A DNA stretch of 64,000 nucleotides from Octopus vulgaris. Its lineage: Eukaryota. The notes under the pieces were generated by a model, which did not search any database, had not been told where the DNA came from, and saw nothing but the letters and a program-made list of their open reading frames with translations. The stretch is taken from contig OX597828.1 in assembly GCA_951406725.2 (NCBI GenBank), forward strand, positions 70,618,001-70,682,000, written 5' to 3'. Position numbers and translations under genes: made by a program. Each line of letters begins with the position of its first letter. Within the stretch, counting starts at the first letter, position 1. Positions 1 to 14,308 of the stretch are shown piece by piece.

Positions 1-138
1 ATAAATATATAAAAGTAGTTATATTATTTGTCAAAATAAAAGTAGTTTTGGGATTTGTGCGTTTGTGACATAACATAAAAACTGAAATTCAAATGCTTGA
101 ATTTAATTTTGGCGCCCCACGGTTTCAGAAGCGCTGAT
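1..138. mobile_element. Right end of hAT-type MITE (truncated by window edge)
   Basis: AT-rich stretch ending in GGTTTCAGAAGCGCTG, the reverse complement of a CAGCGCTTCT.AAACC hAT-like terminus. Confidence 0.4.
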
Positions 139-221
139 CTACAGTAAAAGTCAACGAGCATAACTTAAGCTCTATTTCCTCTCAAACCTTTATTAGCCAT
201 TTAACGTTCGTAACGAATGAA

Positions 222-552
222 GGAACGTGGTTTAGTATTTAGGATATTCAGCTCACTATCACAAGGTCGTGAGTTCGATTTTCGCCGGCGCGTTGTGTCC
301 TTGAGCAAGACACTTTACTTCACGTTGCTCCAATCCACTCAGCTGGCAAAAATAAGACGTATCTGTATTTCAAAGAGCCAGCTTTCTGTTTCGTTTTATT
401 CCGTGTCACGCTGAATCTCCCTGAGAATTACGTTAAGCAAGCGTACGCATGTCTGCGGAGCACTCAGCCACTTGCACATTAATTTCACGAGCACACATGT
501 TCCGCCGATCGGATCAACTGAAGCACTCGTCGTCGTAACCGACTGTGGACCA
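222..552 (+). mobile_element. tRNA-derived SINE, family C
   Basis: A-box TGGTTTAGTA and B-box GTTCGATT, then TTGTGTCCTTGAGCAAGACACTTTACTTCACGTTGCTCCA, shared with 62221-62560. Confidence 0.75.
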
Positions 553-802
553 GTTAATGTTTTTAATAACCATTTAATGGTTTATGGCATCGAAAGTTAT
601 AATATCCAGCTGACAATTTAATTATCATTTAATGAGTTAATAAACACGTTTTGTTTTAATAACAATACAATAATAATTTAAAACTCACCTCATCCTGTAT
701 TAATCATAATTTAATAACAAAGAAAATGCTGTTAAGCAATTAATACTTTCAAATCGTCTGACAGCATTAATCAGCCGATGTTTTGATGGCCATCTTATGT
801 TC

Positions 803-1293
<491 letters not shown>

Positions 1294-1494
1294 ATGTGCA
1301 TATTTCTTTTAATAAATCTTTAATATTTTATTAATTGTTTAATATTCCTAGAACAATTAGTATTTTTAGAAAAATAATTAACTTTTCAACTATTGTACTG
1401 ACCCTGTAACAGCATTCGACGCTTTACGGAAACATCGGATTCATTATATTAAAGAGCTAAGGAAAGATTTCTGTGTGCTTGTTAATATTACACG

Positions 1495-1648
1495 AGGTGA
1501 CTAAGAGGATTGGCAACGGGAAGGGCATCCGGCCGCAAACCATTACCCCAAAATATTCCTCCAGTTCATGCCAGCGTGGAAAAACGGACGCAAAACGAAG
1601 ACGGCGGTTTCGATGACGATGACGACGACGACAATGAGGATAATAACA

Positions 1649-1682
<34 letters not shown>

Positions 1683-1798
1683 CGACAATGAGGAAAATAA
1701 AAATGATGATGATGATGATGATGATGGTAGTGGTGGTGACGATGTTGGTGGTGTTGGTGGCTGTGATTACGAGAGAGATGATTATAGCGATGATGGCC

Positions 1799-1830
<32 letters not shown>

Positions 1831-1831
1831 A
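1495..1831 (+). mobile_element. SINE/LINE 3' end with expanded (GAT)n tail
   Basis: GGCAACGGGAAGGGCATCCGGCCG...CCAGCGTGGAAAAACGGACG followed by decayed (GAT)n. Confidence 0.5.
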
Positions 1832-1974
1832 TTGACGTATGTTTTCCTTGTCGTTTCTTCATTTTGTCGCTTTTGCTTGACTCACAACTACGTCACTCAC
1901 ATCACACCCAACTGTAAGTGTCTTTATCGTATTTGATTATTCATCCATCACTCTCAATCTTTAAACATATTTAT

Positions 1975-2002
1975 ATGCACACACACACACACACACATAT
2001 GT

Positions 2003-2047
<45 letters not shown>

Positions 2048-2061
2048 TGTATATACGTATA

Positions 2062-2093
<32 letters not shown>

Positions 2094-2244
2094 TGTATGT
2101 ATGTATGCATGCATGTATATATGTGTATGCGTATGTATGCATGTACATATATACATATGTATATATGTGTGTGTGTGTGTGTGTATGTACATAAATGCAT
2201 GTATATGCGCTTTCACGCATGCATACATACAAACACATACACTC

Positions 2245-2339
<95 letters not shown>

Positions 2340-2361
2340 TATATTTATATATATATATAGA

Positions 2362-2417
<56 letters not shown>

Positions 2418-2440
2418 CACACACATGCACACAACTATGT
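1975..2440. repeat. Compound (CA)n/(TA)n/(TATG)n microsatellite
   Basis: Direct read. Confidence 0.95.
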
Positions 2441-3129
2441 GTGTGTCTGTTATACAATTCAACCGGATTTTACAGCCATCATAAAATCATAAACTATTCT
2501 GTTTCTCAACAACAGACCACAGTCATTACAACGTCTCAGAGGTTACTGTCGCCGTCCACATTTCTTCTGCGTATATTCGCAGTATTTTTAAATATTTTCT
2601 ATTGTCTTTAACTGCAATTCTGCTGACAACACGTTTCATTACGTTTCACATATGTTATAGAAAGAAAGAAAAGAGAAGAAAAAAAAAAAAACTGCCTACC
2701 TCGTTGTCTAATAAAAGTTCTTCTCTTCCCTCACAAGGCCAGTGGTGCTTGCTGCTATATCTAGCACCCACATGGCCGGTACTGCTGTGCTAGTTTAGCA
2801 ACAACAGACAATGACTATATCGTTTAGTATTTTACCACATGTGGTATATTATACATGGTGACGTATAACGTATATAAATACAGAAACACGATATGTAAAA
2901 TGTAAGTTCACATGTAGCACCTCGCACACTTACAACATGTGTGTGTGTGTGTGGTTTCTTTTGCTTTTTATCTATTTATTTATTTATTTGTTTGTTTTTG
3001 TTCTTTTTTTGTTTTTGCTTTTTTTCCTCGAACCTTAATGACTCATGGAGCCGTTTATCCGCTTGGTTTCTACGGTGTATACGTGACCGAGATCACGACA
3101 TTCCACCCTGAATGGTACCCCGATACGTG

Positions 3130-3346
3130 TTGCAGGGTTTCGGGGCCAGCCATTTTGAAAGGTGGGAGAAAATTGATTACATCGACACCCCCCCCCCCAG
3201 TACTTGATTGCTACTTCATTTTATCGATCCCAAAGGAATGAAAGGCAGAGTTGACCTCGACGGGATTTAAACTCAGAACGTAAAGGGCCGGAAGAAATAC
3301 TGCTAAGCATTTAGTCCGACGTGTTAATGATTCCATCAGCTCACCG
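3130..3346 (-). mobile_element. tRNA-derived SINE, family B
   Basis: Reverse of GTTCTGAGTTYAAAT...GAGGTCRACTTTGCCTTTCATCCTTTCGGGGTCGATAAAAT; >15 copies in window. Confidence 0.8.
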
Positions 3347-4248
3347 ACATATCTACAACATGTAGAAACACCATATTGTAGAACAGGACAGGCGGTATAC
3401 TTTGATCGGCTTAGAACTTGCTTTTCTTTTTAAAACCTATGATATTGGGCACAATTTCAAATAGAAATAATATTATTTGCCAATGTTATTGATTGTTAAT
3501 AGGAAGAAATAGAAATTTCATTTTGGAAGCAATTTTTAGCCAGTTTTATACAAAAGATTTAAAATAATCTATTTGTATATCGTTTATTTTCCGTGGTGTT
3601 TGCTAAAATCTTAATTGTATAACTTCGATTTGGTTACCGATAACAGTACCCCAGCGACCAGGTCGCAGAGGTGCGACGAAAATTTTGATACATTCATGAA
3701 AATATGAGTAAAACGGCCTTTTTTATGTCTTGTTTTTAATTGGAAGTAATTTGCTTTATATTATATAAGTTGTTTATAGTAACTAAACACACACACACAC
3801 ACACACACAGTCACACACTCACGCATATACACATATATAAATACGCATACACACACATACACACATGCATACACGTATACATACATACAGACAGACAAAC
3901 AGACAGACATAAGAAAGAAAAACAGACAAAGATACAAACAAAATAGCAGAGAGAGAGAGAGAGGCAGACAAGGGGTTAGTGACAGAGACAGATATGATAG
4001 ACAGACAGATAGGTAGATAAGATCGATAGATCGATAGATAGACAAACAGACAGGCAGGCAGACAGACCAACCGACAGATAGACAGACAGACAATGTCGCT
4101 GTGTTACTTTTAATACAGAAACTAGTAAAATACCAAAGTGAAGAATGGTGTAGCAGTGTGTTGAGAACAACAACAAGAACAACAAGAATACAGTAAAGAC
4201 AGTATGTGCTGCAACACGACAAACACAAGGGGTCGCTGTGTGTGCCAC

Positions 4249-4323
4249 GGTGGTGGTGGTGGTGGTGGTGGTGGTGGTGGTGGTGGTGGTGGTGGTGGTG
4301 GTGGTGGTGGTGGTGGTGGTGGT
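4249..4323. repeat. (GGT)n microsatellite
   Basis: About 25 perfect units. Confidence 0.95.
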
Positions 4324-4383
4324 GTGTCGTATACAACAAATGCAGTGTAGAAAACACGCCATGCAACTGTTTCTCCATTGTAT

Positions 4384-4684
4384 CCAATCAGATACGAAAG
4401 TGGCGTCACACGTCATTCGCTGGCTTTTCATGACATCTGTGACGTCACACTCAACCATTGTTCACCCACCGCCCTACCGCCCCCACCCACACTCCAACCC
4501 CGCCACCCTTAAAACGTTCAAAAAGTCATTGTCAGGACAATGATGACGTCAATAGCAACCAAGTGTATTTCTATTTATCGGCTCAAACGGATCCAGAGGA
4601 CTTTTGTCCGTTACGCTGCATAAAACGACCTCCATGATGCTCACGACATCACGTGAACATTTGCATTTCATTCGTCCAATCAAA
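4384..4684. promoter_or_regulatory. Promoter/enhancer-like motif cluster
   Basis: CCAATCA 4384 and 4676; TGACGTCA 4440 and 4544; CCGCCC 4469 and 4477; inverted CATTGT/ACAATG pair 4526-4543; TAGCAAC 4553; TCACGTGA 4649; ATTTGCAT 4659. Confidence 0.55.
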
Positions 4685-4799
4685 GCGAACCAACAGAATG
4701 GTAAAGAACCATCCAATACCATCTTACAGACGCGGTTGTGTCTTTCCGCTCGTCAATTATTGTTCATCCAAAACCTCACATACATTTTTATATCTTGCC

Positions 4800-5525
<726 letters not shown>

Positions 5526-5555
5526 CATCTGAACACGTGCACACATACGCACATG

Positions 5556-5952
<397 letters not shown>

Positions 5953-6226
5953 TAGATATATATAGATATATATATGTATATATATGTATGTATGTATGTG
6001 TATATGTTTGTGCAAATGTGTCTTTGTCTCTCACCGTGGGTTTGTTTATATCATTGTTACTTAGCACTTCGAGAAAAAGAGATCGATAGAATAAGCGCCT
6101 GTCATAAAAAATAAGTACTGAGATGATCGACTAAACATTTCAACACAGTGTTCCAGCATGGCCACAACTGAAATAAGGAAAGGAATATATATGCATACGC
6201 ATTTGTGTGTGTGTGTGTGTATGTTT

Positions 6227-6263
<37 letters not shown>

Positions 6264-7129
6264 TGTGTGTGTGTGTGAGATTGTGTGTGTGTGTGAGAGT
6301 GTGTGTGTGTGTTAGTCAATCTGCATCTGTGGTAAAGGGCACATGACCAACGTGCATTGGTGGTGGTGGTGGTGGTGGTGGTGGTGGCAGTGGCGGCAAC
6401 GGCGGTGGTAGAGATGGTGGTGTTTGAGGGTGTGGCTGTGATTGTGGCTTATATTGGTGACATTGTCGTAGGTTGTGCTTTTGGTGTAAAGACAGAGGTA
6501 GCCGTATTATTGTTGTGATGGTGGTGGCGGCGGCGGTGGTATTAGTGGTAGTGGAAGCGGTGGTAGCAGTGGTAGAAATGGCAGCGGTGGTGGTGGTGGT
6601 AGTGTGGGAGGTTGGAGCAGGTTTTGAAACTGGTTTGCGAAAACGAGGTGGGGTACAATGGTAGAAGGTATGCGTACCCGACGTACCGGGTGACAGCAAC
6701 AAGTTGTTATTGTTGTTGTTGTTGTTGTTGCTATGGGAGACAGACGCCTCGTGCGGGTGACATTCAAGTCTACACCATCAACTTCCCGCCAACCTTGTCG
6801 GGCGAGTCTAAACCCAAGTTCAGGGGTGGTTGGGGGGCGATGTGGGTGGCTCGAGGTACATTCTTGGGTAAATGTCACATACTGAAAGGTGGCCTTTCTT
6901 GGCTGGGTTTAATGCAATGTGGTCGTTGTTGCCGTTTTATCCCAGGCCATCTCCGATCTATCAGACCTCTGATCGAAATTGTTATAACTATGACCATTCC
7001 ATCTTTTATTCGGACATAGTGTATCTAGGACCACATTAAGATTTTGTTTAGTTTCTTCCAACCGTTTGGAGCTTTTTAGTCAAAAGAAAAACGTGGCAAC
7101 CAGTTCGTTCTCCACCCACGACATTTTTA

Positions 7130-7568
7130 GGATCTTTTCTAAAAGATGGACAGAATTTCTACTTAACTAAATAATTTGAAACTTCGTGTATTGGTAGAAT
7201 GTGTCAAAAGAAAACATTAATTTCAATTAGTTTTTATTGGGCGACGAAATTCATCGATTTAAGAGATATAGCTGTTATTTCTAGCACCTGCAGAAGACAG
7301 AAGACAGAAGAGAGAAATGATGGATGAATAACACGTGTGCGTGTGTGTGTGTCTGCTGTTTACTTAGACACAGCAACTGAATTTAGCTCAAATGCTGGGA
7401 TTTCATTGGTTAAAATTCGAAGAATTAAACTACGTAAAAGTTACAAAAAACAATTTTCTCAAAAAAACTAATTGAAATGAATGTTTTCTTTTGACACATT
7501 CTACCAGTATACGAAGTTTCAAATTATCTAGTTAAGTAGAAATTCTGTCCATCTTTTAGAAAAGATCC
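7130..7568. mobile_element. MITE with ~105-bp TIRs and 8-bp TSD
   Basis: GGATCTTTTCTAAAAGATGGACAG... mirrored at the right end; CATTTTTA duplicated at 7122-7129 and 7569-7576. Confidence 0.85.
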
Positions 7569-7599
7569 CATTTTTATCCTGATGGCGATGGTAAGTATC

Positions 7600-7847
7600 T
7601 CGTATTTTAAGAAAGACGGTTCTGCAATGTTTTGCTGAACATCCAGGACAGATGGTTTGCTTTATAATGGTCAAATGGTTGTGCCGCATATAAGCTCGAT
7701 CCCTCCATCGAATCTACGTTGCCTGAACAGATGCACAAGTGTAGCACGGATCCGGTGTCAAAGTATACAGAGAGCAACGTGCGATGAAGTGGGTTGAAAC
7801 CGCTATCACGCGATCCCGAGTGCAGCACCTTAACCTCTAAGCCATCT
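7600..7847 (-). mobile_element. Old tRNA-derived SINE (family C-related)
   Basis: Reverse strand reads TGGCTTAGAGGTTAAGG...GGTTTCAACCC...CACGTTGCTC. Confidence 0.55.
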
Positions 7848-8320
7848 TATCATAAACAAAAAAGAAAATATATTCAAAATCGATCTCTTACGCACAGTGA
7901 GCGTATCAAGGTGAGATCGATAAAAGATTGAATCCGTGGAGATTGACTTGAATTTAAATATTAACAACAACAGAACAAGTGGAAAGGCTTCGGACATGAA
8001 CGGTGCTCTAACGCAGTGTTTCATCATTCTTGTTTTTTTTTACATGTTATGGTGTAGGTTAAAGAAGATTTTGCTGCTATTTCTAGTAGGTCAAAAGACC
8101 ACGTAAAGGTTTCCAGTGTGTTCATTTCCATAGCAACAGAGATCAGCTTAAACGATAGCATCAACAATTGATGTTTTTGATGAGTTAAAAGTACATAATT
8201 TTAAATGCCTGCAACTTTTTTATTATCGGTTTCTAGAATAAAAAATTATTCGATTTTCCTCATCAGCAAAACATCAAAAGTAATTTTTTTTAAAAGTAAT
8301 TTAGTGAAAATCTGAAAAGC
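7848..8320 (+). repeat. Old dispersed repeat, homologous to 19790-20270
   Basis: Shared TTATCATAA...CGA.AAAAGATTGAAT.CGTGG.GA.TGACTT.AATTTAAA and GCTATTTCT.G.AGGTC blocks. Confidence 0.6.
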
Positions 8321-8571
8321 TTCAAGCGATTCGAAGGAATTTAACGAGGTCCCTACATAATCGAATGCGTTGCTTAGTAGTATTAGCTACCTTGATTGTG
8401 TCGGTTCTGATTGAGCAGACCTATAATCAAAAGTCTTCTAGCTATGATCATCCAACCTTGTAGACAAACATCGTAGTATCTCAGGTTCATATTACCATAT
8501 GCTGCGGAAGACGCTTATTACAATTACATATTATCAACCGGTTATTGTTATCAATATTAAAGAGTCCGAAT

Positions 8572-8897
8572 GTGGCGAGCGAGGCAAAATGCTTAGCGGC
8601 ATTTCGTCCATCTTTACGTTCTGAGTTCAAATTTCACCGAGGCCGACTCAGAACGTAACGGCAGACGAAATACCCATTTCTTTACTGCCCACAAGGGGCT
8701 AAACACAGAGAGGACAAACAAGGACAGACAAACAGATTACATCAACCACAGTGCGTAACTGGTACTTATTTTATCGACCCTAAAACGATGAAAGGAAAAG
8801 TCGACCTCGGCAGAATTTGAACTCAGCACGTAAAGAAAGACGAAATACCGCTAAGCATTTCGCCCGGCGTTCTAACGTTTCAGCCAGCTCACCGCCT
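8572..8897. mobile_element. Two family B SINEs in opposite orientation
   Basis: Plus head 8572-8645 abuts minus copy 8647-8897. Confidence 0.8.
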
Positions 8898-8899
8898 TA

Positions 8900-9880
8900 A
8901 TAATAATACTAACATTAACACTAAGCTCCCTCCTCACATTGACCAATATTTATAATGTTTTACAATGACTAATTTATACGTATTAATAGTATCTGATAAC
9001 TTACATTTAGTAAGACTAATATAAATATTAATATTTAACATGGACTAATATTAACTAACGCCTTACATTAATTAACAAACACTTGCTTAATGCTAATTAA
9101 TGTTTTTGATATCAATTACTAGAATTAAAACTAACTGATGTATCATATGAACTTATGTAAACTAACTAAGTAATACCAACTGTTAATATTAACGAACTAA
9201 AAAGCGGTGAACTAGCAGAATCGTCAGCACGCCGGACGAAATGCTTCTAAGCATATCGTCCGTGTTTACGTTCTGAATTCAAATTCCTCTGAGGTTGACT
9301 TTGCCCTTCATCCTTCCGGGGTCGATAAAATAAGTACCAGTTAAAAACTAGGGTCGATGTCAGCGACTGCGCCCCCCCCCCCCGTAAAATTGCCGGTCTT
9401 GTGCCAAAATCTGAAGTCAATATTAACTAATTCCTGCCAATTAATTAATAATATTAAGTAATGTCTCATTTGGACATATTAATACTAATAGCTAATGTGG
9501 TCTAAGAAATACTAACTCATACTGATTAATGCTATTAATATTTCTGATATCAATTAATACTAACTAACTAATACTAATCAACATTGGTCCTATACGGGCC
9601 AACGAATACTAACTAATATTAACCAATTTACTTGTTAATTCATGTGAAACATTTTTCGAGAAGCACGTGGGGTGATACAAATATCACTTCTACAAAGAAA
9701 TATTAATTAAATTTTGCTAATGACTCGCCTGGAGTCTTACTTGTATTAATTAATACTAATACCAACCAATTAACTATGTGAAATACCAAATTCTAATTAG
9801 TATTAATTAATGTCATACGGATATTAATTTATACTAATTAATACTAGCTAGTGTCTTAATTTCATTAATTTTAGCTAATA
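8900..9880 (+). other. ACTAAY-rich low-complexity tract (interrupted by SINE B 9203-9420)
   Basis: About 20 ACTAA on + versus about 2 on - by manual count. Confidence 0.6.
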
Positions 9881-9929
9881 CCAACCATGTTCTTTTAGAT
9901 GAACTACTATTTGTTTTCCCCTATTCTAG

Positions 9930-10325
9930 AGTCACAAGGCTTGAAATTTTTATTGGGAAGGATCTAATCGATTATATCGACCCCTAATAATTCACTGCCG
10001 CTATATCTTCTCGACCCCGAAACGATGGAAGGACAAAATCATCCTCGGCGGAATTTGAACTCAGAACGTAAAGGCGGACGAAATGCCGCTTTAGCATTTC
10101 GTCTGGCGAACCGGCGATTCTGCCAGCCGGCCACCCGGACTAAATGCCCAGCGGTATTTCATCCGCCTTTACGTTCTGAGTTCAAATTCTGCCGAGGTCG
10201 ACTTTGCCTTTCATCCTCTCGGGGCCGATTAAATAAGTAACAGTTAAGCACTGGGATCGATGTAATCGACTTCCCCCCTCCCCATTCCAAATTTCAAGCT
10301 CTGTGCCTATAGTTAAAAAGGATTA
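9930..10325. mobile_element. Head-to-head inverted pair of family B SINEs
   Basis: Minus copy ~9930-10130 and plus copy ~10135-10325. Confidence 0.8.
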
Positions 10326-10339
10326 TTATTATTATTATT

Positions 10340-10892
10340 GAGTGAGAGAGCAGTTCATGCCATCAAAGTGACACTGGGGTAAAATATACGAAGCCCAATA
10401 TACCCATCATGACTACCCGTCTGATAAAGGTACACCAGGCACATGCATCACAACCATATGTGCGCGACATGGTGATCTCATATCAAGATAAACAGCACAT
10501 GACCTTGCAAGTGGGGCCCAGTTAGAATTTTCTTCAGGTTGAGTATCCCATCCCGCTCAAACGGTCCCTGAATAAGGGTTGTTTAAGGATGTTGAAAGAA
10601 CCACCCATGTTTCCAGAGGTGAACTATTCAAACCCCAAAGAATCCCTCTCAACACATGGCTATGATGCTCCCCCACTACTTCTGCTCGTGATCAGAGATG
10701 CACATATCGTCAGCCACTAAGGGACATGCTCAACTGGTTAAGGTCAAACAACTGACAAGCAAATCTGTGGTATTGAGCAGAATATTTGCTGTAGCCCATC
10801 TTTTATACCAAGACAAAACAATGTACATGATAACACTTCCAATCAGTTAAGATCAGAAGCCATGAGAGCCACTGCCTGGTACTGCATCAGGG

Positions 10893-10893
<1 letters not shown>
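10340..10893. mobile_element. ~550-bp non-coding element inserted in (ATT)n
   Basis: Complex, higher-GC sequence sharply bounded by (ATT)n on both sides. Confidence 0.55.
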
Positions 10894-10935
<42 letters not shown>

Positions 10936-10949
<14 letters not shown>

Positions 10950-11273
10950 CTATTATGGAAGACTCTCGGATAATTTTTAATTACCAGTTATTCTTTACTT
11001 GAAAGCAGGCATTAACAAATCACCAAAGGTATCAAGTAGTGCATTCTCCCGTGACTCAAAGAGACAATACTCTCCTTAGAGTGCGAGCTGTACCCAACGG
11101 CGTTGTCTTCTGGATCACCTCGAACCTGACAGCAGATCCAATATTCTTAATATGTTTTTTAAAGCCCTTGAAAACTGCTTCTATTACTCCAAATACTACC
11201 GGTATCACCATTACTTTCCTCATTGCCCCATAACTTTCTTATCTCGTCCCGCAGTGGCTGGTATTTCTCAATC
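10936..11273 (-). pseudogene. 3' end of RLE-clade (R4/Dong-like) non-LTR retrotransposon
   Basis: Minus 11273-11056 translates IEKYQPLRDEIRKLWG/fs/MRKVMVIPVVFGVIEAVFKGFKKHIKNIG...IQKTTPLGTARTLRRVLSL*, a typical RLE C-terminus; flanked by (TAA)n. Confidence 0.75.
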
Positions 11274-11448
<175 letters not shown>

Positions 11449-12059
11449 TGCATGTCAAATGACAATATTTAGGCGAAAAAATAAATCTAATGAGGACCTA
11501 GAGGTCAAAGGAGCTTATTGATACTAGTATATATATATATATATATTCACACGCACACATGAAAAACATACACATACATACAAACAAATGTATATATGTA
11601 TATATGTATTTGTAGGTATATACACTATGTATAAACAGGTGTGTACGTATATATATACATATATGATTGTATACATAATGTATGTATACACACTTACACA
11701 CATCGCAAACAGCGGCTCTAATCTGTTCAAAAATAAGATAAAGTAACCATTTTATCGAAGCCTGCAATTGACATTCCGACATGATAGCAGGGAGATAATA
11801 TGATGGCGGCGGAAGAAAGAAACAACAATAACAACAACAACAGCAGGTAGAAACGAATTGGTGGGTTTTGAATTTCACGGCCAACGCTGCCAGCGTCTGA
11901 AGCAATCATATAAACCGATTCCAGTGAAGCAAACAATGGCTGCCATTGTTATCGCGATCGAAATTAGTAGCTTTTGAAGTGCTACGGAGTACGACAGAAG
12001 AGTAGGGGGCGATAGCTTGAAATGGGGTGGCAGGGGCCACCCGATTGCTTACTACACGA

Positions 12060-12720
12060 CGACTACCACCACCACCACCACCACAAATACTGCTCCCTTC
12101 CCGCCGCCGCCGCCGGGGATCAACACACAGGGCAATATCACAAAGATCATCATTGCTAAAATGCTATCAATATGCCACTACCACCATCACTACTACTACT
12201 ACTTGTACTACTACCACTACTACTACTACTATGACCAGAATCATGACGATGACTACTACCACCACCACCACGAACTGCAGAACGACAGCCAACACCGCCA
12301 TCACCACCAACATAACCATCATTACCACTACCGATACCACCACCAACACTACAACCAGCATAATGGTGACCACCACAGCTACCACCACAACCATATTGCA
12401 ATTCAACACACCTAACCACTCCACAACTACCACAACGATTATCCCATCATCACCACCACCGCCACATAGTCATCATCATCATCGTCGTCATGGTCTCTTA
12501 CAACCATCATCTCCACCATCACCATCCTCGTAACAACCACCATCACCACCACGGCCATCACGCCCCCCTCCCAAAATACCACCACCACTACAACACTTTC
12601 CACCTTCATATTCCCCGAACTCCTCCACCACCTCCATTACCCTTACCCCTGCTCCACCGCCACAGCCATCACCACCACTTCCACCACCGCCGCCACCACC
12701 GCCGCCACCACCGCCACCAT
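12060..12720. repeat. Degenerate (CAC/CTA/CAT)n trinucleotide tract
   Basis: Direct read. Confidence 0.85.
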
Positions 12721-13450
12721 TAGTCCTGCACCTAACAAAAGAGGATATTTTTTTCTTCTCCCTAATATAATCAGATCTGTTTATATTTATAAAATACTTT
12801 GATATTAGATATGAAGGGGGTATATAGACACCCCTACATACGCACACCCTACATACATGCATGCATACATACATACACTCACATATACACCTATACATAC
12901 ACACACATACATAAACAGACTTAAACACATATACATATACACATATGTACTCAAATACACGTTTGAACGCACCCACCCACGTACGCGCACTTACCTAAAA
13001 TAATAACTTACATACACACATAAATACACAGACAGACTCGTACGCACACACACACACACAGACACACACACACACACACATATATACACATATATACTCG
13101 CCCTTACTCACATTAACAACACAGAAATACATTCACACACACGTACAGATATTTACATATATCTATATAAGCCCACGACTAAAAAGAAGCACGCACACAC
13201 ATACATACACACACACATTCATACACATATCCACATATATACATACATAAACATATTTATCCACATACATTAATAAACACACACACATACATATATATGT
13301 ATACCCACACACAAGCACTCACACATGTTATACATATATATATACGCACACATGTATCATATATGCACACGTATAAACTCAGACACTCATAAACATAGGT
13401 ATCCACATATACAGACATATAAACAAACCGACCAACACACACGCACTCAT

Positions 13451-13510
<60 letters not shown>

Positions 13511-13983
13511 TGATACTGTAAAGAAAACCGATTTTCGTTTTTGTATTTGGTTTGCGAGATTCTTGGAAGAACGAGTCTGTTGAAACATTTTTTTGTATCT
13601 TGTGTTGGTCATTACACCAATAATAAACACGCGCACTGATTTTGTCTCACTTCTTTTATATTATTAGTCATCTAGTTAAATTTCTAACTAATTAACTGAT
13701 CGACTGACTGATCAATCGTTGGATCAATCATTCGTTAGTCAGGTTTGTCAAAGTCATTTCTTCGCCATTCGCGATACCCTTGCTACGCGAATGGCGGCGA
13801 AAAATATTGTGTACCCTTAACGTTATTCTTACGTTAAAATCAATGTAATCCAGAGTGGGACAAAACTTCTCTCTTGAAGTTTAGGGACACTTGGTACATG
13901 GGGCCAAAACTGAACCCACATTGTATTATCCACGTAACGCACACACATGCACGCTTGCGGGCACACACACACACACACACGCA

Positions 13984-14062
<79 letters not shown>

Positions 14063-14269
14063 GCATATACATACATACATTACATATGCCACCACAATTT
14101 TATTTCAGTCTTGATCACAAATGTCTGACGAACGAAAATGTGAAACGCTGAGTAAAATTGTTTGTGATATTTTTGAAGCTTTTATAAAAAAAGTGTGTGT
14201 GTGTGTGTGTGTCTGTGTCTCTGTGTGTGCGTGTGTGTATACATGTATGTGTGTCTGCAGACGTGTATG

Positions 14270-14308
<39 letters not shown>

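Noticed and set aside
1510-1917. Asp-rich 135-aa ORF
   Set aside because: Retroposon tail plus (GAT)n expansion
12017-12723. His/Thr/Pro-rich ORFs
   Set aside because: Degenerate trinucleotide tract open in several frames; no splice or domain support
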